The notes beneath the pieces are model-generated. The model was not told the origin of the DNA, ran no database searches, and saw only the letters and a program-made list of their open reading frames with translations. A stretch of 64,000 bases of DNA from an uncultured Anaerolineales bacterium. GTDB taxonomy: Bacteria; Chloroflexota; Anaerolineae; Anaerolineales; UBA11858. Location of the stretch: NCBI GenBank assembly GCA_964344175.1, contig CAYFMI010000004.1:5805-69804 (forward strand), read 5' to 3'. Position numbers and translations under genes: made by a program. Of this stretch, positions 9,335 to 18,787 are shown in pieces; positions within the stretch are counted from its first letter, which is position 1, and each line of letters opens with the position of its first letter.

Positions 9335-9988
9335 ATGATCCCCCTGTTAATCTCGCTGCGCGTGGCAACGCTGGCAACATTCATCGCAGCCTTCGTTGGC
9401 ACCACTCTGGCAGCCCTGCTCGCCAAACGTCAGGGCTTGTTCTGGTATTTCCTGGATGGCGCCATCAACCTGCCCCTTGTTCTCCCGCCAACGGTATTGG
9501 GATACTACCTACTGATACTCTTTAGTCAGCGCACACTGTTAGGGGGCTGGCTGGCTTCTTTGGGAATTCAACTCACCTTTACCTGGGTCGGAGCCACACT
9601 CGCTGCCAGCGCGGTGGCGCTGCCCCTGGTGATGCAATCGGCGCGCGCCGCCATCGAAGCGGTTCCCCAGGACTTCCAGGATGTTGCCCGAACGCTGGGA
9701 CGCGCCCCCCTGGGGGTCTTCTTCACGGTCACATTGCCCTTAGCCTGGCGCGGCGTGATGGCCGGCATCATCCTGGCCTTTGCGCGTGCCTTAGGCGAGT
9801 TTGGGGCCACCCTGATGGTAGCCGGTAACATTCCCGGAAAAACCCAGACGCTTTCTATCGCCATTTATGATGCCGTTCAGGCCGGAGAAAGCCTGCGCGC
9901 CAATCAGCTCTCGCTGCTGCTCACCGTAGTAGCCATTACCCTATTGATCTTGATTCGCACGCTGACAACGCGCCTGGCCGAGAAATGA
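9335..9988 (+). CDS. modB: molybdate ABC transporter permease ModB
   Basis: 5-6 TM permease with ModB-like NLPLVLPPTVLGYYLL and the EAA-type loop (ARALGEFGATLMVAGNIPG). Confidence 0.92.
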   Translation: MIPLLISLRVATLATFIAAFVGTTLAALLAKRQGLFWYFLDGAINLPLVLPPTVLGYYLLILFSQRTLLGGWLASLGIQLTFTWVGATLAASAVALPLVMQSARAAIEAVPQDFQDVARTLGRAPLGVFFTVTLPLAWRGVMAGIILAFARALGEFGATLMVAGNIPGKTQTLSIAIYDAVQAGESLRANQLSLLLTVVAITLLILIRTLTTRLAEK

Positions 9989-11124
9989 TGCAGCCAACCC
10001 AACCGCAAAGCACAGCCCTCGATGTCACCATCAACCTGGTTTTAGAAGATTTCCATCTCGAAGCCAACTTTCAGGCCGACGCGGAGATCATCGCTATCTT
10101 TGGGCCTTCGGGAGCCGGAAAAAGCACCACCCTGCGCGCCATTGCCGGGTTGCTCTCGCCCCAGCATGGCATCATCCGCCTGGGAGAAAAAACTCTCTTC
10201 GACGACAGGAAAAAGATCAATTTGCCGCCCCAAAGCCGCGGGGTTGGGTATGTGCCTCAAAATTTTGCCCTCTTTCCACATCTGACCACCTCCGCGAATA
10301 TTGCCTACGGCCTCCACCGCGCCACAAAAGAACATCGCCGCCAAAGGGTGTCTGAACTATTGCACTTGCTCCAGCTCGAAAAACTCGCTCAACGCAAAGC
10401 CAGCGAATTGTCTGGCGGGCAGCAACAACGCGTTGCCCTGGCGCGGGCACTGGCCCCCAATCCAGACATTTTACTCATGGACGAACCCTTTGCCGCGCTA
10501 GACGAGACTTTGCGCCACACCCTGCGCGGCGAATTGCGCACCATTCCACAGCGCTTTGGGGTTCCCCTGATTCTGGTTACCCACAACCTCGGCGAAGCGC
10601 ACAGCCTTGCCAGTCAATTGGTGATCCTCGATCAGGGTAAAATGCTCCAGGCTGGGCCGCGTAAAACCATCCTGCATCACCCCATCACACCCGCCGTGGC
10701 ACGCATTGTCGGCATGAACAATATTCTCAAGATGACAATTGCAGAACAGGATGAGGGAAAAAACGTACTCAACTGGGGCGGGATTCAGCTTGCCGCGCCG
10801 CCTCTCCCTAGAGGCTTGCAACTCGGACGTGAAGTTTTGGTGGGCATCCGCCCCGAGGGGATTCGCCTCGTCGAGACGCGCCCCCCAAATTGTATCCCCC
10901 ACACCAACCGTATTGAAGCGCACCTGCACACCGATGAAGACCTGGGCCACGAGCACCACCTGACCGTCCTGCCCCGCGCGGCCCCCGACACTCCGCTCGA
11001 AATCCGCATCGCCGCGCCGGATTTCGAAGCCAGCGGTTTGCGCGTTGGCAGCCGCTGTCATCTTGAAATCTCCCCTGAGGCAATGCACATCTTCCATGAA
11101 CACGCTTCGATAGCCCCGGCATGA
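9985..11124 (+). CDS. modC: molybdate ABC transporter ATP-binding protein ModC (with TOBE-like C-terminus)
   Basis: Walker A GPSGAGKST, signature LSGGQQQRVALARAL, Walker B LLMDEPF, plus a C-terminal extension of about 120 aa. ATGA overlap with modB. Confidence 0.92.
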   Translation: MMQPTQPQSTALDVTINLVLEDFHLEANFQADAEIIAIFGPSGAGKSTTLRAIAGLLSPQHGIIRLGEKTLFDDRKKINLPPQSRGVGYVPQNFALFPHLTTSANIAYGLHRATKEHRRQRVSELLHLLQLEKLAQRKASELSGGQQQRVALARALAPNPDILLMDEPFAALDETLRHTLRGELRTIPQRFGVPLILVTHNLGEAHSLASQLVILDQGKMLQAGPRKTILHHPITPAVARIVGMNNILKMTIAEQDEGKNVLNWGGIQLAAPPLPRGLQLGREVLVGIRPEGIRLVETRPPNCIPHTNRIEAHLHTDEDLGHEHHLTVLPRAAPDTPLEIRIAAPDFEASGLRVGSRCHLEISPEAMHIFHEHASIAPA

Positions 11125-13628
11125 ATATAACCTCGCTTCTCAGTCATTGGCGGGCCGACCCAACCGTAGGCGGTAACCTCACCGCCTGGGAAACCATGCC
11201 TGCCCGTCAGGCATCCTACGCCCCCCTGCCAGAAACCCTTCACCCCTGGCTGCGCCAGGCGCTCAACGAGGAGGGCATTCAGCAGCTTTACACACATCAG
11301 GCACAAGCCTGGCAATGCTTGCAGGCTGGAGATCACATTGCCCTGGCGACCGATACGGCCAGCGGCAAGACACTCGCTTATAACCTCCCCATTCTCAATA
11401 GCTTACTGCACAACCGGCAGGCCCGGGCGCTCTATTTATTCCCCACCAAAGCGCTGGCCCAGGATCAACTTGCCGGAGTCGAGCGGTTGCTCAAAACCGC
11501 AAAAGAGCCATCCCTTTTTATTTATCCGGGAAGCTATGATGGTGATACGCCTCGCAATACCAGAGTGGCTATGCGCAGCAAATCCCGCCTGATTATTTCC
11601 AACCCCGACATGCTGCATTTTGGCATTCTTCCACATCACACCAACTGGGCAGAGTTTTTCGGCAGCTTACGCTATATCCTGCTTGATGAGATGCATATTT
11701 ATCGGGGCGTGTTCGGTTCGCATGTCGCCAATGTCATCCGGCGGCTGAAGCGCATTGCCCATTTTTACGGGGCGCGGCCTCAATTTGTGCTCACCTCGGC
11801 GACCATTGGCAACCCGGCAGAACTCGCCCAAAGATTGACCGAAGAGCCAGTTACCTTGATTGAACAAGACGGATCGGGGCGCGGGCCAAAACACTTTTTG
11901 ATCTACAATCCCCCCTTGATTGACCCTGAACTCGGATTGCGGGCCAGTATGCTGGGGGAAAGTGTCCGTCTGGCAGCTGATTTACTCAGCTACGACATCC
12001 AGACAATTCTCTTTGGGCGCACGCGGCGCACGGTAGAAGTGCTGCTGAAATATTTGCGCCAGGCCGTCCCCCTCCAGGCTGCCCAGGTGCGCGCCTACCG
12101 CAGCGGTTATTTACCCAAATTACGCCGGGAAATCGAGAGCGGCTTGCGCACCGGCAAGACACGCTGCGTGGTTGCCACTACGGCCCTGGAACTGGGCATT
12201 GATATTGGCGGAATGGGAGCCACACTACAAGCGGGCTACCCCGGCACAATTGCAGGAACCTGGCAGCAAGCCGGGCGGGCCGGGCGCGGGCTGGAGGCAT
12301 CCATCTCGGTTTTAGTGACATCCCCCAGCCCAGCCGACCAATATCTGGCGCGCCACCCGGAATATTTTTTTGAGCGCAGCCCGGAACACGCTCTCGTCAA
12401 CCCGGATAATTTGCTCATATTGCTCCAACATCTACAATGTGCAGCTTTCGAGATTCCCTTCAAGGACGGGGAGAACTTTGGGGATCTCACCCCCACTGAG
12501 GTTGCCGCGTTCTTGAACATCCTACACAAAAATGGGGTCTTGCATAAATCTCAGGATCGATTCTTCTGGATGGGCGACACCTATCCTGCTGCCGAAATCT
12601 CGCTGCGCAGCGCTTCGACGCAACCCTACCTGCTGCACAACACCGCTACCCATCCCCCCGAGATCTTTGGCAGCGTTGATAGTGAAGCGGCGCTCTGGAT
12701 GGTGCACCCCGGTGCGGTTTACTTGCACGAAGGCGAAAGTTTTGTTGTCGAAGAACTGGATCTTGAACGGCATCTCGTACAACTCAGCCCACAAGAGACA
12801 GATTACTTCACCCGTCCACGGCAAGAAAGTGATGTCCAACTCATAGAATTGGGGAAAGCGCAGCGTTGCAAGGGCGGCAGCAAAGCCTTTGGAGAAATTG
12901 GCGTGACGACAACGGTCACCGGTTACCAGATGATTCGTTGGGAGAGCCACGAAAAAATCGGTCAGCGCCCTCTAGAGCTTCCCCCAACACAGTTGCTGAC
13001 AAGCGGCTATTGGCTGAGCGTTTCTGAAGAAAGCGTTGACCATTTGCGTGCGGATGGGCTTTGGAGCAATGCCCCCAACAATTACGGGCCGGGCTGGCGC
13101 AAACAACGCCTGGCTGCTCTAGAAAGAGACCAGTATCGCTGTCAATCCTGCGGAGTCAGCGCTGAACATACCCAATTGCACGTCCACCACAAAGAACCGC
13201 TGCGGGCGTTTTCCAGCTATCTAGAAGCCAACCGCCTGGAAAATTTGGTCAGTCTATGCCCGTCTTGCCATCGCCGCGCGGAAAGCCGGGTGCGCATTCG
13301 CAGCGGGTTGGCCGGGCTGGCCTATGCCTTCCACCATCTGGCCCCGCTTTTTCTGATGTGCGACCCGCGCGACCTGGGTGTGCACACCGAGGCGCAGTCA
13401 CCGTTGGGCGAAGGGAAACCCGTTGTGGCGATTTACGAAATGATCCCTGCAGGGATCGGCTTCAGCCAACGCCTTTTCGAGTTTCACAATGCACTGATCG
13501 AGCGCGCCGGCGAGGTAGTCGCGAATTGCCCCTGCGCCGATGGCTGCCCTTCTTGTGTTGGTCCTGGGGGTGAGGCCGGGGCCGGGGGCAAACCCGAGAC
13601 TTTTGCGCTGATTGAGCAATTGCGCTAA
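11121..13628 (+). CDS. DEXH-box helicase of the MrfA/YprA (DUF1998) family with inserted HNH nuclease motif
   Basis: Helicase motifs TDTASGKT, LLDEMH, LTSAT, QQAGRAGRG. C-terminal DUF1998/MZB Cys cluster CPCADGCPSCVG. HNH signature at 13140-13271: CQSCG...HVHHKEPL...N...CPSCHRRAE. ATGA overlap with modC. Confidence 0.9.
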   Translation: MNITSLLSHWRADPTVGGNLTAWETMPARQASYAPLPETLHPWLRQALNEEGIQQLYTHQAQAWQCLQAGDHIALATDTASGKTLAYNLPILNSLLHNRQARALYLFPTKALAQDQLAGVERLLKTAKEPSLFIYPGSYDGDTPRNTRVAMRSKSRLIISNPDMLHFGILPHHTNWAEFFGSLRYILLDEMHIYRGVFGSHVANVIRRLKRIAHFYGARPQFVLTSATIGNPAELAQRLTEEPVTLIEQDGSGRGPKHFLIYNPPLIDPELGLRASMLGESVRLAADLLSYDIQTILFGRTRRTVEVLLKYLRQAVPLQAAQVRAYRSGYLPKLRREIESGLRTGKTRCVVATTALELGIDIGGMGATLQAGYPGTIAGTWQQAGRAGRGLEASISVLVTSPSPADQYLARHPEYFFERSPEHALVNPDNLLILLQHLQCAAFEIPFKDGENFGDLTPTEVAAFLNILHKNGVLHKSQDRFFWMGDTYPAAEISLRSASTQPYLLHNTATHPPEIFGSVDSEAALWMVHPGAVYLHEGESFVVEELDLERHLVQLSPQETDYFTRPRQESDVQLIELGKAQRCKGGSKAFGEIGVTTTVTGYQMIRWESHEKIGQRPLELPPTQLLTSGYWLSVSEESVDHLRADGLWSNAPNNYGPGWRKQRLAALERDQYRCQSCGVSAEHTQLHVHHKEPLRAFSSYLEANRLENLVSLCPSCHRRAESRVRIRSGLAGLAYAFHHLAPLFLMCDPRDLGVHTEAQSPLGEGKPVVAIYEMIPAGIGFSQRLFEFHNALIERAGEVVANCPCADGCPSCVGPGGEAGAGGKPETFALIEQLR

Positions 13629-13663
13629 CTCACTCGCCTGGACTTCTGTCTTGTCAAATAAAA

Positions 13664-13689
13664 AGAGCCGCACATGATGGTGCGGCTCT
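13664..13689. terminator. bidirectional stem-loop between convergent genes
   Basis: 10-bp stem AGAGCCGCAC / GTGCGGCTCT with a 6-nt loop. An A-run lies on one side and a T-rich stretch on the other, between the helicase (+) and the small acidic protein gene (-). Confidence 0.65.
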
Positions 13690-13712
13690 TAAGATTTCAT
13701 ATGATGCATTAC

Positions 13713-13943
13713 CTAAAATTCATCGTCATCATCTAACCAGTCGTCGTCATCAAAATCGTCTTCTTCCCATTCGTCAAAACCTTCGAGTTCATCTTCCCAA
13801 TCCGCGTCTTCGACTTCAAAGGGATCATCTAATTGCGTAAAGGTTAAACATCCCTCATCCGGGTCGATATTTACCATTGGTGCAGTGCAATAACCTTTCT
13901 CAAGATAAACACACCCAACATAAAGGCAGCGTATTTTGGGCAT
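13713..13943 (-). CDS. small Cys-rich (DUF1540-like) protein with poly-acidic C-terminal tail
   Basis: 76 aa. The N-terminal IRCLYVGCVYLEKGYCTAPMVNIDPDEGCLTF resembles the DUF1540 Cys pattern. 25 of the last 38 residues are D/E, interspersed with W/F, ending DDDDEF. Sits 24 nt downstream of the VKOR gene on the same strand. Confidence 0.6.
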   Translation of the reverse strand: MPKIRCLYVGCVYLEKGYCTAPMVNIDPDEGCLTFTQLDDPFEVEDADWEDELEGFDEWEEDDFDDDDWLDDDDEF

Positions 13944-13967
13944 TGTTAGTTCTCCTCGATTGTCATC

Positions 13968-14417
13968 TCAAGAGTCAATTTCGATGTCTTCATCCTGCAA
14001 CAAGCGTACCACAGAAACCCCCAACAAGGCAACCATCACAATGGCGGAAAGCACGCAGTACGGACAAATAGCACGGAGTACGGCTACTTCAATATAGGTC
14101 AGATAAGCGGAATACAGCACCCCGGTTAGACTAAAGCCAAACACAATCATCGCGGCATATTCTTGGAAGAATTTGCCGCGATCTTCCAGCAGCAAAAGAG
14201 CAATCATCAACAGATACGCCCCGGCCCCAAATATAGCGATGGGGATTCCGGCGAATTCTGCGTAAGGGCTATTATTGACCGATTCGCAATCACCAATGCC
14301 TGCACAAGCAGCCGTTGCGTTCGCAATTTTAAGCCAGGCCAGATAAATTGAATCTGCCAATCCGATTAATGATAAGACAACCGAAATATTTTTGAGATTA
14401 AGTTTTGTTTTTTTCAT
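13968..14417 (-). CDS. vitamin K epoxide reductase (VKOR) family membrane protein
   Basis: Multi-TM protein with a loop Cys pair (CAGIGDC) and a membrane-embedded CPYC redox motif. No fused thioredoxin domain. Confidence 0.8.
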   Translation of the reverse strand: MKKTKLNLKNISVVLSLIGLADSIYLAWLKIANATAACAGIGDCESVNNSPYAEFAGIPIAIFGAGAYLLMIALLLLEDRGKFFQEYAAMIVFGFSLTGVLYSAYLTYIEVAVLRAICPYCVLSAIVMVALLGVSVVRLLQDEDIEIDS

Positions 14418-14483
14418 AGCACCATTTCTTGTACATATTATTATTTTTGGAGTTACGCACTTGTATAGTAATTGCCCATAAAC

Positions 14484-15740
14484 CTATTTTACGCCTTCGA
14501 AGAACCAGGCTTCTGCCGTGGCCCCTTCGGGTAAGAATTTAACACCAGATGGAACAATTAGTAAAGCGTTAGCATGTACCAAAGAACGCAAATTGCCTGA
14601 ACCCTGGTGGCCGGTTAAACGCGCTACCCAGCGGTTATCTTCTTGAGATGCAACCACGCGCAAGTAACTTTCGCGACCATCCGATTCAAGCGCTTCGAGT
14701 AAGGTTACCTGACGAGTAATTCGGGGTTCATCGGGTAAGCCCATCATCTTGATCAACGCTGGACGCACAAACACTTGAAAGCCGACATAGGCGGACACCG
14801 GATTCCCCGGCAACCCAAAATAGGGCAGCCCCCTATAACTACCAAAAGCCAATGGCTTACCGGGGCGCATATTTACCCGCCAAAGAGTCAACGTACCTGC
14901 TTGATCGAGTACGGCGCGCACAAAATCAAACGCGCCCACGCTGACCCCGCCCGTAGAGAGTAGTAAATCTACGCCATCATCAACTGCATCTTCTATTTTT
15001 TGGCGCACGCTATCCAGATCATCGGGGACGATGCCCATATCCAAGACTTCAGCGCCTAACTGCGAAATGAGGGCCTGCAGCATATAGGAATTGGACTCGT
15101 AGATCTTGCCTGGCTCCAGTGCTACACCCGGTTTCAGTAATTCGTCCCCAGGGGACATCACCCCAATGCGCGGGCGGCGAAAAACACGCACCTCTGCCGC
15201 CCCTATCATCGCCAAGACACCCACATCTTGAGGGCGCAGCCGCCGATTTGGCACTAATACTCGTTCGCCCTTTTGAACATCCTGTCCCTGAGGGCGCACA
15301 TTCTCGCCAACCTGGGCGGCATGAAAGATGCTTACCTGCGCCGGCGCCGAAATCCCTGCGGAATGGATGCCGACATCGGTGCGTTCAACCGGCACAACCG
15401 CATCGGCCCCGGCGGGCAGCGCTGCCCCGGTCATTATGCGGGCGGTTTGTCGTGGGGCTATTTCCACTTTGGGCAATAACCCGGCAGGAATATCGGCCAC
15501 TACCTTCAGTGCCACGCCCTGACCGGGAGCAGCATTTTGCACGTCTGCGGCGCGCACGGCAAAACCATCCATGCTGGAATTTGCAAAAGCAGGTAAATCA
15601 AACTTCGAAAAAATAGCCTCCGCCAATACCCTTCCGGCGGTCTGGCGTAACGGAACCAGTTCTGCTGCTAAAGGCGAGAACGCCTCAAGCAGATAACGGC
15701 GGGCAAGTGGGATGGGGGTGAGGTCAGTCTGGTCAGCCAT
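14484..15740 (-). CDS. moeA: molybdopterin molybdenumtransferase MoeA
   Basis: Full-length MoeA-like sequence (NSSMDGFAV, LLSTGGVSVGAFD, GLPGNPVSA). Confidence 0.93.
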   Translation of the reverse strand: MADQTDLTPIPLARRYLLEAFSPLAAELVPLRQTAGRVLAEAIFSKFDLPAFANSSMDGFAVRAADVQNAAPGQGVALKVVADIPAGLLPKVEIAPRQTARIMTGAALPAGADAVVPVERTDVGIHSAGISAPAQVSIFHAAQVGENVRPQGQDVQKGERVLVPNRRLRPQDVGVLAMIGAAEVRVFRRPRIGVMSPGDELLKPGVALEPGKIYESNSYMLQALISQLGAEVLDMGIVPDDLDSVRQKIEDAVDDGVDLLLSTGGVSVGAFDFVRAVLDQAGTLTLWRVNMRPGKPLAFGSYRGLPYFGLPGNPVSAYVGFQVFVRPALIKMMGLPDEPRITRQVTLLEALESDGRESYLRVVASQEDNRWVARLTGHQGSGNLRSLVHANALLIVPSGVKFLPEGATAEAWFFEGVK

Positions 15741-15753
15741 TTTTTAGGGCGAC

Positions 15754-15762
15754 ATTATACCA
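15754..15762 (-). promoter_or_regulatory. extended -10 promoter candidate (TGGTATAAT) for moeA
   Basis: The reverse strand reads TGGTATAAT about 14 nt upstream of the moeA ATG (15740), between the relA stop and moeA. Pattern match only. Confidence 0.35.
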
Positions 15763-15776
15763 CTGCCATACCGCCA

Positions 15777-17990
15777 TCACCCCGGACGGACGCGGCGGGC
15801 ATCTACAACGTTGTCCAGGCGCTCGACGCGGTCGAGAATACGGCTTAAGTGACCGATGTCATGCACCTCTAGAATTAAATCGAACACCGCCATATTGCGC
15901 CGGTTAACATCGACATGCACCCGATTCATGCTGACGCCCTCTTCGGTCAAGAGTGTCGAAACATCCCGCATCAGGCCTTCGCGGTCATAGGCCTTTATGC
16001 GCACCGGGACAGGGAAGGTTTGCCTGGCCTCTCCCCAAGAGACTTTTACCAGTCGCTCCCCCTCGCGGACGTTGAGTACATTGGGGCAATCCCGCCGGTG
16101 AATTGTCGCGCCGCGCCCACGGGTAATATAGCCCACGATCTCATCGCCGGGTGCAGGATTGCAACAGCGCGCCATACGGGTTAGTAAGCCCTTCAAGCCT
16201 CGAACGACCACCCCATCGGTCGCCTTTTGCTCCAGGCTGGGCATGGGGGGTACGGGAAACTCGAAATCATCATCTTCATCTTCTTCGATGAGGATCAACT
16301 CATTAGAAACGCGCGTTAGCGGTAAATCGCCACATCCAATGGCTTCGGCCAAATCGTCGATGGTTTTATAGCCCAGGGAACGGGCCAGGTGTTCCAGGTT
16401 TTCGTCGATCAAGCCGAGTTGCCGCAACTCGCGTTCGAGTAATTCCCGGCCATGTTTGACATTCTGATCGCGAGCCTGACGCTTGAACCAGCGGCGGATC
16501 TTCGCACGTGCCCGTTGCGTTTTTACCAGCCCGAGGTGGGGATTGAGCCAGTCCCGGCTGGGGCCGCCGCGCTTGGCTGTCAGAATGGACACCTGATCGC
16601 CGGTTTTGAGTTCGTAGTCCAGTGAAACTAACTTGCCGCCAATCTTCGCTCCGCGACAGCGGTGGCCCACCTCGGTATGGACATGGTAAGCAAAATCAAT
16701 GGGTGTGGCCCCTTGCGGGAGATCGATGATATCGCCCTGAGGGGTAAAAACATAAACGCGGTCGCCAAAGACATCGGACTTCATGCCATCGACGAATTCC
16801 TGGGCGTCGTCCACGTCTTGCCGCCACTCCATTAATTGCCGCAAGTAGAGGATACGACGCTCGAAAACCGGGTCATGCCCGGAGCCTTCTTTATAGCGCC
16901 AGTGTGCGGCAATGCCATACTCCGCGCCCTGGTGCATCTCTGGGGTGCGGATCTGTACCTCGAGGGTACGGCCATCATCAAAGACAACGGCTGTGTGCAA
17001 CGATTGGTAAAAATTATCCTTTGGCGAGGCAATATAATCGTCGAAAGAGCCGGGGATAGGCCGCCAATTGGCATGAATAACCCCCAATGCAGCATAACAA
17101 TCGGCATTTTCGGGGACCAAGATGCGCACCCCGCGAATATCGTGCACATCTTCGAAGGGCACACCTTTGCGCACCATCTTGCGATAGATTGAATAAATGT
17201 GTTTAGGACGCCCTGAAATATCTACATTCTGGATGCCCGCCTGGTTAAGCACCACCAGCAAACATCGTTTAATTTCTTCAACTTTCTTCTCGCGCTCCGA
17301 GCGGCGTTCTGCCAATTTATTGGCAATTTCGAGATATTTAGAATTTTCCAAATAGCGAAAAGAAAGATCTTCAAGCTCCCATTTGATCTGCCAGATTCCC
17401 AGGCGGCTGGCAAGGGGCGCGAAAATATCCATGGTTTCGCGAGCAATACGGGTGCGTTTCTCCTCCTTCGGCACGAAGTTGAGTGTACGCATATTGTGGA
17501 GACGGTCGGCCAGTTTAATTAAAACAACCTGTGGGTCATCAGCCATTGCTAAAAATGTTTTTCGCAAGCTGGCTGAGGCCAGCGAGATCCTGTGTTCTGG
17601 GTGCCCGCTGCTTACACGAGACGACTCGCTATCAGTTTTATCGTTATCTACCTGGTCGCCGCGCGAAACTCTCGGCAACGAGGTCAGCTTGGTAACCGCA
17701 TCAACCAGTTTGGTTACTTCTTCGCCAAAATCATTTTGCAGGTTTTCGATAGTGATCTCAGTATCTTCTACGGTATCGTGGAGCAAACCCGCCGCAATCA
17801 CCTCAGGTGGCACAAACATTTCGGCAAGAATTTTGGCGACCGCCAAACAATGCATAAAGTATGGCTCCCCCGAGGCGCGTGTCTGCTTGGAATGTGCTTT
17901 TTCGGCAACGCGAAAGGCCCGGCGAATGAGATCGCGGTCTGTCGGAGCATAGCTTGTGGGCAATAGTGCCAATAGTTCATCAACAGACAT
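15777..17990 (-). CDS. relA: bifunctional (p)ppGpp synthetase/hydrolase RelA/SpoT (Rsh)
   Basis: HD hydrolase (LLHDTVEDT), RelA_SpoT synthetase (FYQSLHTAV), TGS and C-terminal ACT-like domain. Start moved to MSVDELLALL (17990), which has AGGA upstream. Confidence 0.95.
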   Translation of the reverse strand: MSVDELLALLPTSYAPTDRDLIRRAFRVAEKAHSKQTRASGEPYFMHCLAVAKILAEMFVPPEVIAAGLLHDTVEDTEITIENLQNDFGEEVTKLVDAVTKLTSLPRVSRGDQVDNDKTDSESSRVSSGHPEHRISLASASLRKTFLAMADDPQVVLIKLADRLHNMRTLNFVPKEEKRTRIARETMDIFAPLASRLGIWQIKWELEDLSFRYLENSKYLEIANKLAERRSEREKKVEEIKRCLLVVLNQAGIQNVDISGRPKHIYSIYRKMVRKGVPFEDVHDIRGVRILVPENADCYAALGVIHANWRPIPGSFDDYIASPKDNFYQSLHTAVVFDDGRTLEVQIRTPEMHQGAEYGIAAHWRYKEGSGHDPVFERRILYLRQLMEWRQDVDDAQEFVDGMKSDVFGDRVYVFTPQGDIIDLPQGATPIDFAYHVHTEVGHRCRGAKIGGKLVSLDYELKTGDQVSILTAKRGGPSRDWLNPHLGLVKTQRARAKIRRWFKRQARDQNVKHGRELLERELRQLGLIDENLEHLARSLGYKTIDDLAEAIGCGDLPLTRVSNELILIEEDEDDDFEFPVPPMPSLEQKATDGVVVRGLKGLLTRMARCCNPAPGDEIVGYITRGRGATIHRRDCPNVLNVREGERLVKVSWGEARQTFPVPVRIKAYDREGLMRDVSTLLTEEGVSMNRVHVDVNRRNMAVFDLILEVHDIGHLSRILDRVERLDNVVDARRVRPG

Positions 17991-18046
17991 ACAGCATCCT
18001 AGTATAATCAGGCGCGCGCAATGGAGCAAGGGCGGGAGCAGATGCC

Positions 18047-18535
18047 CTAATGGTCGCTTAGAAGTATATCCCAATCAATCGCATGAACGGTCTCATACAA
18101 GCCATGCTTATCCTCCACGACTCGAAAATCCAATTGAGTAAAGGTCTCCTCTGCAATCTGGCGCGTTACAGGCAGCGGGATCAATTCATCATCCCGGCCA
18201 TGAAAAATTACACACGGGACATCAATGCTCTCAGGTCGTGTCCACACAAAGTCTGGGAAGATCAGGGCTGGCGCAAAGAGCACCAGCTTACGCACCCGGT
18301 GTGGATACTGGCCGGCAAATAAAGCAGCCATCAGCCCGCCAAAGCTGGAGCCGATCATCAGCCATTGCTGCTCATCACCTGTCAGAAAGGATTCCAGGGA
18401 TTGCATACGGTCATGCAGGGTACCGCGAAAATCGGGGATAAGCATATGCGGATACCGCTCTCTCAACAAGGTTGCCTTAACGCCCTGACTGCTACCTTCA
18501 AGCCCATGAATAAAGATTGCATCCTTCAACTGCAT
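18047..18535 (-). CDS. small alpha/beta-fold serine hydrolase (YqiA/esterase-like)
   Basis: 162 aa with FIHGLEGS, nucleophile elbow GSSFGG, and likely acid/His residues (GRDDELIP, DKHGL). Confidence 0.7.
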   Translation of the reverse strand: MQLKDAIFIHGLEGSSQGVKATLLRERYPHMLIPDFRGTLHDRMQSLESFLTGDEQQWLMIGSSFGGLMAALFAGQYPHRVRKLVLFAPALIFPDFVWTRPESIDVPCVIFHGRDDELIPLPVTRQIAEETFTQLDFRVVEDKHGLYETVHAIDWDILLSDH

Positions 18536-18787
18536 ATTAACTCCAGCTTCACTCTCGACGAACGGACAATTTCTGTTACACTATGAAAATACCAATTTTT
18601 GACGTCAATCTAGCTTGATAGTTAAAAAACCAGGACGCAGATTCGCACTGATGATCGCTGAGAAAAGCAAAAAGCAGTGAAATCGAAACAAAAAATCATG
18701 GTTATCTGCGTGAATCAACGTACAAAACCTGAAGTATCAGGTAACTAGAATTCGATCAACCACCAAAAAATCAGGCAGTATTCTTAC

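Noticed and set aside
10498-11103. 201-aa minus-strand ORF inside modC (plus several other nested ORFs at 10042-11122)
   Set aside because: modC has complete Walker and signature motifs on the plus strand. The antisense ORFs lack any motif and are typical GC-skewed shadows.
14449-14462. 14-mer GGAGTTACGCACTT shared (as a reverse complement) with 39428..39441
   Set aside because: With about 4 x 10^9 position pairs in a 64-kb window (both orientations) and 4^14 possible 14-mers, around 15 such matches are expected by chance. The flanks do not extend the similarity.
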